A stretch of 64,000 bases of DNA from an uncultured Scytonema sp. (GCA_937873135.1 CALMVQ010000037.1:2487-66486); one strand, 5' to 3'. Positions 1 to 8,783 are shown, counted from the stretch's first letter. The notes: generated by a model not told the origin, from the sequence alone. Program-made: numbers and translations.

Positions 1-1
1 A

Positions 2-712
2 GAGTCTCCACCCATTTTTGCCCAAGCAGCAGGAGCCTCACTCACTTACATCGCGGGGATTGCGCCTAATCCTGCTGGTGAAGCTATTCTTGTTCCCCAA
101 AACTCTCCTATCAAAACAGTAGCCGATCTTAAAGGCAAAAAAATAGCTTTTCAAAAAGGTTCTAGTGCTCATTACTTTCTAGTGCAAGTTTTAGAAAAAG
201 CCGGATTGCAATATAGCGATATTCAACCCGTATCTTTACCACCAGCCGATGCCCGTGCTGCTTTTGTTAAAGGTAGCGTGGACGCTTGGTCAATTTGGGA
301 CCCATTTTATGCAGCTGCAGAAAAAAATACCAATGCTCGTACTCTAATTGACGGCACTGGAATTAACAAACAAGGTGGATTTTATCTAGCTAGTCGTAAG
401 TTTGCTAACGAACAACCGCAAATAGTTAAGGCAATGTTAGAGGAAATTCAAAAGATAGAAGATTGGTCGGATAAAAATAGAGAAGCTGTGGCAGAAACTC
501 TTGTTGCTGCGTTGGGAATTGATTTAGAATCTATGAAAAAAGCAACTTTTAGAAGAAAATTTGGTGTCGTACCAATCAATGAAAAACTGATTACCGAACA
601 GCAGAAAGTTGCTGATACATTCCATAAGTTAAAATTAATACCAAAGCAGATCGATGTGAAAGCGGCTATGCTGAAACCAGAACAATACGCTGCTCTTTCA
701 CCCAAAATATAA
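2..712 (+). CDS. ssuA: ABC-type aliphatic sulfonate (SsuA/TauA-like) substrate-binding protein; N-terminus lies outside the window
   Basis: The frame of ORF 182..712 stays open to the window edge. The translated ESPPIFAQAAG...DLKGKKIAFQKGSSAHYF aligns with the full-length paralog at 21700..22776. Confidence 0.85.
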   Translation, partial: ESPPIFAQAAGASLTYIAGIAPNPAGEAILVPQNSPIKTVADLKGKKIAFQKGSSAHYFLVQVLEKAGLQYSDIQPVSLPPADARAAFVKGSVDAWSIWDPFYAAAEKNTNARTLIDGTGINKQGGFYLASRKFANEQPQIVKAMLEEIQKIEDWSDKNREAVAETLVAALGIDLESMKKATFRRKFGVVPINEKLITEQQKVADTFHKLKLIPKQIDVKAAMLKPEQYAALSPKI

Positions 713-779
713 TATGAGTTAGTGATTAATTGTTAAAGAAGATTTAACAAACAACTAACAACCATCAACTAACAACCTT

Positions 780-1598
780 ATGACGAATCCTACTGAGTTG
801 CTAAACAGTCGTTACGGTGCTAGTGCCGTTCATGTAGATGGTTTATGGAATGACAGCTTAACAAATCTGTTATCTCACCGCTCAATTCGTGCTTATAAAT
901 CTGATCCTTTGCCGTCAGGAACTTTAGAAATTTTGGTTGCGGCGGCTCAATCTGCGTCTACTTCATCGAATCTCCAAACATGGAGTGTCGTAGCTGTGGA
1001 AGATGCAAACCGCAAAGAAAAGTTATCACAACTGGCAGGAAATCAAGCACATATTCGGCAATGTCCACTATTCCTTGTTTGGTTGGCAGATTTAGCTCGC
1101 CTGACTCAGATTGCTGAAAGTCTCGGACTAGCACATGAAGGTTTAGATTACTTGGAAATGTTCCTGATGGCAACAGTAGATGCCACTTTGGCAGCTCAAA
1201 ATGCGAGCGTAGCTGCTGAATCTCTCGGCTTGGGAACAGTGTATATCGGTGCTATGCGTAACCAACCGGAAGAAGTGGCGAAGGTACTGAATTTGCCTTC
1301 GCAAGTTTTTGCTGTCTTTGGATTGTGTGTTGGTTATCCAGATCCGGCTCATGCTGCTGCGATCAAGCCGCGTTTACCACAATCGGCTGTGTTACACCGA
1401 GAAACTTATCAGTTAGAACAATCTGAAGCGATCACTCAGTACAACGAGGTCATGAAAGCATTCTACACTGCTCAACAGATGAATATTCCTGGCGATTGGT
1501 CGGAACACTCAGTCAAACGAGTTGGTTTTGCTCAGTCTTTATCGGGACGCGATCGCCTGCGTGAAGCCTTAAATAATCTTGGCTTCCAACTGCGGTGA
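780..1598 (+). CDS. NfsA/Frp-like NADPH-dependent flavin oxidoreductase (nitroreductase family)
   Basis: 272 aa. The N-terminal HRSIRAYK motif and overall nitroreductase-fold pattern are present, and the gene sits next to sulfonate uptake genes. Confidence 0.8.
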   Translation: MTNPTELLNSRYGASAVHVDGLWNDSLTNLLSHRSIRAYKSDPLPSGTLEILVAAAQSASTSSNLQTWSVVAVEDANRKEKLSQLAGNQAHIRQCPLFLVWLADLARLTQIAESLGLAHEGLDYLEMFLMATVDATLAAQNASVAAESLGLGTVYIGAMRNQPEEVAKVLNLPSQVFAVFGLCVGYPDPAHAAAIKPRLPQSAVLHRETYQLEQSEAITQYNEVMKAFYTAQQMNIPGDWSEHSVKRVGFAQSLSGRDRLREALNNLGFQLR

Positions 1599-1911
1599 CT
1601 TTTTTAAATACATTTTGATTCTTTTGGTGGCTTTAAACACGTGAAGCTCTCTTGACGGAAGCTTCCGCCCCCAAGACTTCACTTGAATGTATGATCAGCG
1701 CAAAAATTGGCGTTGCATAATTAAAGTATGAATTTTAGCCTCACGCATAGACGCGCGACTCGGCTTCCCGTAGGGTAGGCACAAAGACGCAAAGAATCGT
1801 TGTTTAGTCATCAGGGAAAATGTAAATTCATACCTCCATTAAGCAACGCCCGAAAATTTACCTTCAGCCGGATGCCCGTAACTCATAGCTGCCTTACTTT
1901 GTAAATTGATT

Positions 1912-1927
1912 TGGCATGGTTTTTGCA
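1912..1927 (+). promoter_or_regulatory. Candidate sigma-54 (-24/-12) promoter TGGCATGGTTTTTGCA upstream of the MFS gene
   Basis: GG-N10-GC spacing is exact and the -12 element is TTGCA. It is intergenic, on the same strand as the ATG at 1965 and about 38 bp upstream of it. It matches the 8768 promoter at 15 of its first 17 positions. Confidence 0.6.
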
Positions 1928-1964
1928 CAGAGGATAAGCAAACTATCATCATCACCAAGAACCT

Positions 1965-3206
1965 ATGCCAGAAAAGCGAAACCCAAGTGAAAAGAGTTTG
2001 CACGCACTAGATTACTTGAACCTGTTTTTAGCAGACGTGCGGGATGGTGTAGGACCATATCTGAATATCTACCTCAAAGGCTCGCAACATTGGAATCCTC
2101 AGCAAATCGGGATAGCCACAGCCGCCTCCTCAATTGCTACAGTGATTGCCCAAACACCTGCTGGTGCTTTGATTGACAGATTGAGCCAGAAACGGTTGTT
2201 GATTGTACTGGCTGCTGCTATAGTCACCTGTGGTTGCTTTTTTATAGCATTGTTTCCAAATTTGCAAGTGGTCATCGGCGCTCAGGTTTTGATTGGCATT
2301 GGTGCAGCGGTTTTTCCTCCTGCCATTGCGGCGATTACCTTGGGGTTGGTGGGGAATGACAAATTAGATCGGCGAGTCGGTCGCAATGAGACTTTCAATC
2401 ATTCAGGCAATTTACTAGCTGCTACTTTGGCGGGTCTTGCTGGTCAATTTATTGCGCCCAAATCCATCTTTTTTCTGGTTGGGTTAATGGCTGTCGCCAG
2501 TGCTTTTGCAGTTGCCAGAATTCGTGAGAAGGAGATTGACCACGATTTAGCGCGTGGTGATGCAGAAGAAAGCTCTTTGGAGGAAACAGAACCTCAAGAT
2601 AAGCAAGGAGGTATATTAAAGCTATTGAGTGACCGCCGTATACTCTTCTTCGCTACAGCAGTGGTTCTATTTCACTTTGCTAATGCGGCAATGTTACCTT
2701 TGGTTGGTCAAAGACTGGCTATAGATGGTAAAGGAACAGGATTAGATGGCACTGTTTATCTGTCTGCTTGCATTATTGTCGCTCAGTTAGTTATGATACC
2801 CACGGCAAACTTTGCTGGTCGCTTAGCAGAAGGTGGGCGAAAAGGCATCTTTTTAGTGGGCTTTGGTGTGTTGCCCATTCGGGGTGTACTTTACACACTT
2901 TCGCACAATCCCTTTTTTCTGGTTTCCGTACAAATCCTAGATGGAATTGCCGGCGGTATCTTCGGTGTACTTTCGATACTGATGGTTGCTGATTTAACTA
3001 AGGGAAGTGGTCGCTTTAATCTCACCCAAGGTATGCTTGCCACCTCGATTGGTATTGGTGCAGGTTTAAGTAATTTACTGGCTGGATTTGTGGTACAAAA
3101 AGCCGGATACAATGTTGGTTTTCTGATGCTGGCGGCGATCGCTGCTGTAGCTTTAGCCGTTTTCTGGTTTCTCGTACCCGAAACTAAACAACGGATAAAA
3201 AGCTGA
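1965..3206 (+). CDS. MFS transporter
   Basis: 413 aa with about 12 predicted hydrophobic helices, a central charged loop, and an MFS-like GALIDRLSQKR motif after TM2. Confidence 0.85.
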   Translation: MPEKRNPSEKSLHALDYLNLFLADVRDGVGPYLNIYLKGSQHWNPQQIGIATAASSIATVIAQTPAGALIDRLSQKRLLIVLAAAIVTCGCFFIALFPNLQVVIGAQVLIGIGAAVFPPAIAAITLGLVGNDKLDRRVGRNETFNHSGNLLAATLAGLAGQFIAPKSIFFLVGLMAVASAFAVARIREKEIDHDLARGDAEESSLEETEPQDKQGGILKLLSDRRILFFATAVVLFHFANAAMLPLVGQRLAIDGKGTGLDGTVYLSACIIVAQLVMIPTANFAGRLAEGGRKGIFLVGFGVLPIRGVLYTLSHNPFFLVSVQILDGIAGGIFGVLSILMVADLTKGSGRFNLTQGMLATSIGIGAGLSNLLAGFVVQKAGYNVGFLMLAAIAAVALAVFWFLVPETKQRIKS

Positions 3207-3508
3207 CAAGAAAAGCTTTTGCGCCTTCTGCCCTCTGCCTCCGTACTTCTGCCTTCATGTACTAGTTTCTTTTAGTCCGGAACAAATTAAACAGGGAATA
3301 AAATATGACCAAAAAGGTAAACATTTAAAAGCTATTGAGAAAGAGCAAGTTCCTCCACGCGGTAGTATTGGTCTTGTTCCTTCTCATGAAGTTAGTTACG
3401 ATTTAAAATCTAAAGTATTGGGAAAAGGTAAAGATGCACATTTTTCTTCACTTTCTAAAAGCCCTGCTGCATAAGGGTTACAAAATGTGCATCTTAGAAG
3501 TAACATTT

Positions 3509-3550
3509 TTAAGGTAATAATACTTTTGACTTTTGACTTTTGACGAACGC
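3509..3550. repeat. Partial copy of the ACTAGT/AAAAGTC-heptamer MITE family (GACTTTT x3)
   Basis: AATAATACTTTTGACTTTTGACTTTTGACGAACGCC is the reverse complement of the left part of the elements at 14217..14330 and 60875..60973. Confidence 0.6.
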
Positions 3551-3613
3551 CTCGGCTTCTTGAAGAAACCGGGGTTCTGAGATTTCATTCCTGCTGTATC
3601 ATCCATTTGTGCC

Positions 3614-4192
3614 TCAAAAAATAGGCAAATCTAAAACAAATTCTGGTAATACATTTTCTCCCGATAAATTTGCGGGTAATTGAACAATTTCAAAGGTTTG
3701 ATTGGGACGATAGATTTCTACTTGTTGTGCTTGGGGATTAATTAACCAACCTAACCGCAAACCACTGTTGAGGTATTCCTGCATTTTTTCTTGAAGTTGG
3801 GTCAGAGAGTCGGTGCGAGAACGCAATTCTATGACAAAATCAGGACATAATGGGGGAAACTTTTCTTGTTCTTCTGGTGTTAATGATTGCCAGCGTTCAT
3901 TAGTAACCCAAGCAACATCGGGAGAACGGTTTCCCCCATTCGGTAAACGAAATATGGTAGAAGAACTAAAGACTCTTCCCAGTTGAGTTTGACGGTTCCA
4001 CAACCAAAGTGAGCCGTTTAAATCAGCTTCTCGATTTCCACTGACTCCACCGACAGGAGGCATAATTATTAATTCTCCTTTAGTCGTTCGTTCCAATTGC
4101 CAATTTTGATTGTCTTGGCAGAGTTGGTAAAACTGCTCGTCGCTTAAGTCTACATTTTTTAAATTTAAAATTACCGTAGCTGAAGTAATCAT
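3614..4192 (-). CDS. Uma2 (DUF820) family endonuclease
   Basis: 192 aa with the GELIIMPP, SPDVAWV and PDFVIELRS motifs typical of the cyanobacterial Uma2 family. Confidence 0.85.
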   Translation of the reverse strand: MITSATVILNLKNVDLSDEQFYQLCQDNQNWQLERTTKGELIIMPPVGGVSGNREADLNGSLWLWNRQTQLGRVFSSSTIFRLPNGGNRSPDVAWVTNERWQSLTPEEQEKFPPLCPDFVIELRSRTDSLTQLQEKMQEYLNSGLRLGWLINPQAQQVEIYRPNQTFEIVQLPANLSGENVLPEFVLDLPIF

Positions 4193-4207
4193 TGCTGAAA
4201 AATTCCC

Positions 4208-4339
4208 ATGCCAAGGAAACGCCGTAATTTAAAAACTGGATACTCTTACCATATTACTACTCGTTGCAATAATCGCGAGTTTAAGTTAGCTAGGCGCGAG
4301 TGCCGGGGCGATCATCCATACTTATTTTGGAACCTCTAA
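4208..4339 (+). pseudogene. N-terminal remnant of an IS200-like / REP-associated tyrosine transposase
   Basis: Translates to MPRKRRNLKTGYSYHITTRCNNREFKLARRECR and then loses similarity and stops after 43 codons. Confidence 0.5.
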
Positions 4340-4542
4340 GAGCAAGGGAAGAGACAAAACATCGGCTGAGTTTGCCCGTGTAGCACAACAGACGGGTGGA
4401 CAGGCTTTTACTGACATAAGATTTTGGCAACAATTTTTAACTTACAACTATTTGAGTTTTAACTGAACCGTATTGGACCATAATCACAATGCTATTAATA
4501 ATATATTCTCCGGATTTAATATTACTAAATTGAAATAAGGAT

Positions 4543-5928
4543 TTATTGCCCATAAGTTTTTGAATCATCCAAACGCCTTCGTTTATGGGATGATTCAATC
4601 GCTGCAATTTTACGATATTTTGTCACTGTTCTGCGAGTTATTGGCAAATCAAACCTTACTCTTAAAAGTTGGGCTAGCTGTTCATCACTATAGGGATTGG
4701 TAAGTGATTCTTCTTCAATTAACTGTACGAGCATTTGTTGGATTTGTGGAGGAGTACGTCCGCCTACTAATGCTGGAACACATAGCAAATGCAACGGAAA
4801 AATTTGACTGTACGGGTTACTAATTAATATATACCGTCCCCGGACAATTCGGCTGATTGTGGAGTTACTGAGTCCTACCGATTGAGCGACTAATTGTTGT
4901 GGTGTAGGTACTAAATCTAAGCGATCGCGACTCTGCAAGAAAGCTTGCTGGCGTTCTACTAAAAATTGACCGACTTTGAGGAGATTTTCCTGCCATAGAT
5001 GTAATGCTGTAAGTAAGCTTTTTGCTTTTTTGTACAACACTTCTAGCTGTTGGGCTTCTCGCGTTCGCAGTTGAGATTTCTGCAAAAGCTCAACTGCTTC
5101 GGAATTTAGACAAAAGCGTTGCTCGACTTCAGAAGTTAAAGAAATTTGCCAACCACAAGCTGTTAATTTTGCTTTTAAATCGGGAGTTACAATAGGTGCA
5201 TTGTCATGACCAAAGTTTCTGGCAGGCCGAGGTTCTAATTCCTGAATTTCACGAATGGCGTCGTTTATTTTTTTGATATCTATATTCTGATAAGCTTGAT
5301 TTTGGAGCAACTTTTGTAGTAATATCTCACGATTAGAGCTTGCTTCTATAGAAGCACCAGTACAATTTGCTAATTCTTCTAAATACCCGTGAACTAATAG
5401 AAAAGCTAGACTTTGAGGCTTTTCTTTAAGTTGTAGTAACAGACACTCTTGTCCTGAACGAGCAGCAATTCCTGGGGGATCTAAACTTTGAAGAACAGGG
5501 ACAACTGCCTCTAATTCCCTTGCACTCCAGATACTACTACCATTTGCCCAAACGGTCGGAGTTTCTTCCAAGTATCCAGAGCTTGAGATCCATTGAGTTA
5601 AATAGATTAAAGCTTCACGTTGTCTTGATGGAATTGATAAGGCAGAGATTTGTCCAAATAGATGTTCGCTGAGACTTACGTACTGCGCGGGTAGAGTATA
5701 CCAATCTGGTAGAACATCCTCTAACAATGTTTCGCTTTTTTTCGCTAAAGTCGCATCCTCTATTAAAAATGGATTGTGTTTAGCCTCTTCCCGGACATAA
5801 TCTACTACTCGCTTCTGATCACATGGCAACAAGCGAACCAATTGCTGTAGCGTTGGATAAAGAACTGTTTGCGTTTCTAATTGTGTTTCTGTTGCAGGTG
5901 CGGCATTTAAAAAATTCATAAATTCCAT
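4543..5928 (-). CDS. rpoN: RNA polymerase sigma-54 factor (RpoN)
   Basis: 461 aa. Region I-like LQQLVRLL...EAKHNPFLIED is present. The C-terminal HTH is GLSNSTISRIVRGRY, and the RpoN box is ITRRTVTKYRKIA. An internal ATG at 5919 overlaps the upstream gene's stop as ATGA and may be the true start. Confidence 0.85.
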   Translation of the reverse strand: MEFMNFLNAAPATETQLETQTVLYPTLQQLVRLLPCDQKRVVDYVREEAKHNPFLIEDATLAKKSETLLEDVLPDWYTLPAQYVSLSEHLFGQISALSIPSRQREALIYLTQWISSSGYLEETPTVWANGSSIWSARELEAVVPVLQSLDPPGIAARSGQECLLLQLKEKPQSLAFLLVHGYLEELANCTGASIEASSNREILLQKLLQNQAYQNIDIKKINDAIREIQELEPRPARNFGHDNAPIVTPDLKAKLTACGWQISLTSEVEQRFCLNSEAVELLQKSQLRTREAQQLEVLYKKAKSLLTALHLWQENLLKVGQFLVERQQAFLQSRDRLDLVPTPQQLVAQSVGLSNSTISRIVRGRYILISNPYSQIFPLHLLCVPALVGGRTPPQIQQMLVQLIEEESLTNPYSDEQLAQLLRVRFDLPITRRTVTKYRKIAAIESSHKRRRLDDSKTYGQ

Positions 5929-7235
5929 TGCTGCTTTTTTTGCTCAAAGCTTTTGGCACAAAGTCCTAAAGCTTTGTGAGGTTCTTGGGGATAAAGAGCT
6001 AAAGCTCGGCGGATTAAGTTAAGCTCTAATTGAGCAACAGCTTGTTCCAAGTTTAAATCTATGTGGTTTTCTTGACTAAATATCAGATGCTCTGGTAATA
6101 TTGTACGCCCACCGGAAAGAATAGCTGCTCGCTCTAAAGTATTTTGCAACTCTCGTACATTTCCTGGCCAAGTATGACCTGTAAGTTTTTCCAAAGCCGC
6201 TCTTGTCATTGCGATTTTCACGCCATTACGCAAAGCAATGTAGCTTAAAAAATGTTGAGTCAGTTGCTCTAAATCTTCTAGGCGATCGCGTAAAGGCGGC
6301 AGTTCCATTCGTACCACATTCAAGCGATAATAAAGGTCTTCCCGAAATTGATTTAGGTTGACAAGCTGCTCTAAATTCCGATTGGTCGCTGCTATGATGC
6401 GGATATCTACGGTTTTGGTTTGGTTACTACCCAACCGCTCAAATGATTTATCCTGTAACACCCGCAATAGTTTCCCCTGAATCACTAAGCTCAACTCTCC
6501 AACTTCATCAAGAAATATCGTTCCACCATTCGCCTGCTCAAATCGACCGATTCGTAAATGATTGGCTCCGGTGAAGGCACCTTTTTCGTGCCCAAATAAC
6601 TCTGCCTCTAACAGATGTTCTGGAAGTGCCGCACAGTTGACTTTTACCAAAGGTCCACGACTACGAGGACTGGTAGTATGGAGAGTGGAAGCGACTAACT
6701 CTTTGCCAGTGCCTGATTCTCCGGTAATTAAGACTGTGGTATTGACTTGAGCAACTCTACCAATGAGTTTAAAGACGGATGCCATCGCAGGCGATCGCCC
6801 CAATAGTTCTTCTGGGTGTCCTAAAGCTTCGGGATTTGCTTCACCAAACTGATAGGCTAAAGCATGGGAGTGAGCTAAAGCCTTTTGAGTTAGATTGACC
6901 AAATCATCCAGAGAGAAAGGTTTAGTTAAGTAATCATAGGCTCCCAACTGTATCGCTTCAATCGCTGTACGACTTGTCCCATATGCCGTCATCACAATCA
7001 CAGGCAGTTCAAACAGTGTTTTTCCCAAAGCTTTAAGAACCTCACTCCCCTGAGTTTTGGGCATTTTCAGATCCAGAAACACTAAGTCAGGAGGAGATGC
7101 CGCATCTTGTTGAATGATCTTCAGTCCCTGCTGTCCATCTCCTGCTTCTACGACTGTGTGCCCAACATCATTAAGAATCTGCGCCATTGCCTGACGCAAA
7201 GCTTTTTCATCATCAATAATGAGAATTTTAGACAC
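5916..7235 (-). CDS. Sigma-54-dependent response regulator (NtrC/ZraR-type bacterial enhancer-binding protein)
   Basis: Receiver domain has IIDDE, FLDLKMP and TKPF. The AAA+ domain has Walker A GESGTGKE, the GAFTGA loop and IFLDEVGEL. A Fis-like C-terminal HTH is present. The GTG start overlaps the kinase stop by 8 nt. Confidence 0.9.
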   Translation of the reverse strand: MSKILIIDDEKALRQAMAQILNDVGHTVVEAGDGQQGLKIIQQDAASPPDLVFLDLKMPKTQGSEVLKALGKTLFELPVIVMTAYGTSRTAIEAIQLGAYDYLTKPFSLDDLVNLTQKALAHSHALAYQFGEANPEALGHPEELLGRSPAMASVFKLIGRVAQVNTTVLITGESGTGKELVASTLHTTSPRSRGPLVKVNCAALPEHLLEAELFGHEKGAFTGANHLRIGRFEQANGGTIFLDEVGELSLVIQGKLLRVLQDKSFERLGSNQTKTVDIRIIAATNRNLEQLVNLNQFREDLYYRLNVVRMELPPLRDRLEDLEQLTQHFLSYIALRNGVKIAMTRAALEKLTGHTWPGNVRELQNTLERAAILSGGRTILPEHLIFSQENHIDLNLEQAVAQLELNLIRRALALYPQEPHKALGLCAKSFEQKKQQWNL

Positions 7236-8706
7236 GAGTGTCTCCTGACTCCTGAGTCCTAGTTGGTAAATAAACGCTAAAAATAGTACAACCAGGCTCA
7301 GAGGTTAAACTAATATATCCTCCATGTCGCGTGACGATCTCGTGGCTAATTGCTAAACCCAACCCCGTTCCTTCCGGCTTTGTGGAATAGAAAGGCTCAA
7401 AAATTCGTTCGCGCTCTTCTGGTGACAAACCCGATCCTGAGTCTTTTACCCAAGTTACCAAATCGTCTTGCTGTTCTACACCCACCTCAACTCTCTCTCC
7501 TGCTGGACTAGCTTGGATAGCATTCAAAATTAAATTCACCATCACCTGTCCTAACTCCCGACGGCGCAGTAATATCTGGGGTAAAGCCTTAGCAGGCTCG
7601 TGATAGATGAGTGCAACTCCCTGTTCTTCTGCTGATAGACGCAGCAAGGAAACAGATTCCAAAGCGATCGCCTCTAGGGAAGTCCTCACCATTTCCTCCT
7701 CTGACTGATTTTGGTCAAAGTACATCAGTCGTTGCACCAAATGCTCTAAACGGTCTACTTGTTCTATTAAGCTAGCAGTCGGTAGAGTGGTTACCCCAAG
7801 ATTGTGGAGTTGTCGTTCTGTATACTGCAAATTCAGACGCATACTGGCTAGTGGATTGCGGACTTCATGGGCTACCCCCGCTACCAGATGTCCTAAAGAT
7901 GCCAAACGCTCGACTCGGTGTAGGCGCTGTTCTAACTCTTGGCGACGACATTGCATAGTATTAATCGCAGATCCCAACAATCCCATTTCTGCTGGTAGGG
8001 GTGGAATCAGCGAAGTTTTAGAATATTCCATCACCTTGATACTCTCATGGAGTCGCTGTACTCCCCGGTGAAGTTGTAAGGCAATATAAAAAGTCCAAGC
8101 TCCCACCACTAAATTTCCGAAAACTACCAGAAGACTCAGGACTTTTTGATCACCATCTTCGAGGCGAGGCATACGTTTCATTGTCCATACTGCTCCCCAT
8201 AAAGGTAGCGGATCTGCACGCAGTACCAAGATATCAAGACCTGATTTCCGGATTAATTCTTGGGGTAAGCCTTGGCTTGTCGCTCTCCGAGCTAATTGTA
8301 AAATTGTACTTCGCTCAACCGCAGGAATATCTTTTTTCGGGATAGGTCCTCCGTGGGTAGGAAACGCATAGCCTAATAGTCGATCTTGTTGCAGCAGGTA
8401 AAATCCCCCTTCTACTCTGGGAAAAACCGTGAGCGCTTCATTTGAGAGTTCCTCCAACTGCGTGTCTGGCTGCTTGCTTGACTTTGGTGTTTGCCCAAGC
8501 GGTAATTCCCAAAACAGCTTAATCAGTCTAGTATTGGCAAAAGTCAGTGTTCTTTGGTTTCTGGCTACCACTACACCCTCTAAACTTTGAAATAGCTGTA
8601 CTACCAGCAACAACGCAGCTCCACTTAAACCTAAAAACAGGACGCTCAGGATTGTGAGTTGCTGTCGGAGTGTCCAACTTTGGGGTAATACAAAGGGTTT
8701 CATCAC
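7228..8706 (-). CDS. Membrane sensor histidine kinase (two TM helices, periplasmic loop, HisKA plus HATPase)
   Basis: H-box GVAHEVRNPLAS, N-box LILNAIQA, G-boxes DSGSGL and GTGLGL. Hydrophobic helices lie near residues 17-40 and 190-212. Confidence 0.9.
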   Translation of the reverse strand: MMKPFVLPQSWTLRQQLTILSVLFLGLSGAALLLVVQLFQSLEGVVVARNQRTLTFANTRLIKLFWELPLGQTPKSSKQPDTQLEELSNEALTVFPRVEGGFYLLQQDRLLGYAFPTHGGPIPKKDIPAVERSTILQLARRATSQGLPQELIRKSGLDILVLRADPLPLWGAVWTMKRMPRLEDGDQKVLSLLVVFGNLVVGAWTFYIALQLHRGVQRLHESIKVMEYSKTSLIPPLPAEMGLLGSAINTMQCRRQELEQRLHRVERLASLGHLVAGVAHEVRNPLASMRLNLQYTERQLHNLGVTTLPTASLIEQVDRLEHLVQRLMYFDQNQSEEEMVRTSLEAIALESVSLLRLSAEEQGVALIYHEPAKALPQILLRRRELGQVMVNLILNAIQASPAGERVEVGVEQQDDLVTWVKDSGSGLSPEERERIFEPFYSTKPEGTGLGLAISHEIVTRHGGYISLTSEPGCTIFSVYLPTRTQESGDTRV

Positions 8707-8734
8707 ATATAGCTATCGAAGCAGATTCATAATG

Positions 8735-8750
8735 TGGCACTAACCTGCCA
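8735..8750. promoter_or_regulatory. Palindrome TGGCA-N6-TGCCA between the kinase start and the sigma-54 promoter
   Basis: A perfect 5+5 inverted repeat. GG-N9-GC spacing on both strands makes it a poor sigma-54 promoter, so it could instead be an operator. Confidence 0.3.
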
Positions 8751-8767
8751 AAGTCGTCTTGTATCTA

Positions 8768-8783
8768 TGGCACGATTTTTGCA
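8768..8783 (+). promoter_or_regulatory. Sigma-54 (-24/-12) promoter TGGCACGATTTTTGCA
   Basis: Exact match to the TGGCACG-N4-TTGCA consensus with GG-N10-GC spacing. It lies 62 bp from the divergent kinase start and 48-63 bp upstream of the in-frame GTG starts of the downstream gene. Confidence 0.7.

Noticed and set aside
448-705. This and the many other short ORFs lying antisense or out of frame within longer genes (for example 958..1173, 6562..6750, 7787..8071, 12823..13092, 16447..16689, 19275..19805, 24197..24463, 46221..46463, 58805..59185)
   Set aside because: Each is fully embedded in a longer ORF with clear family motifs on the other strand or frame, and none has an independent signal.
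8735-8750. TGGCAC-TAACC-TGCC as an additional sigma-54 promoter
   Set aside because: The GG-to-GC spacing is 9 nt, not 10, on both strands. It is kept only as a palindrome or possible operator.
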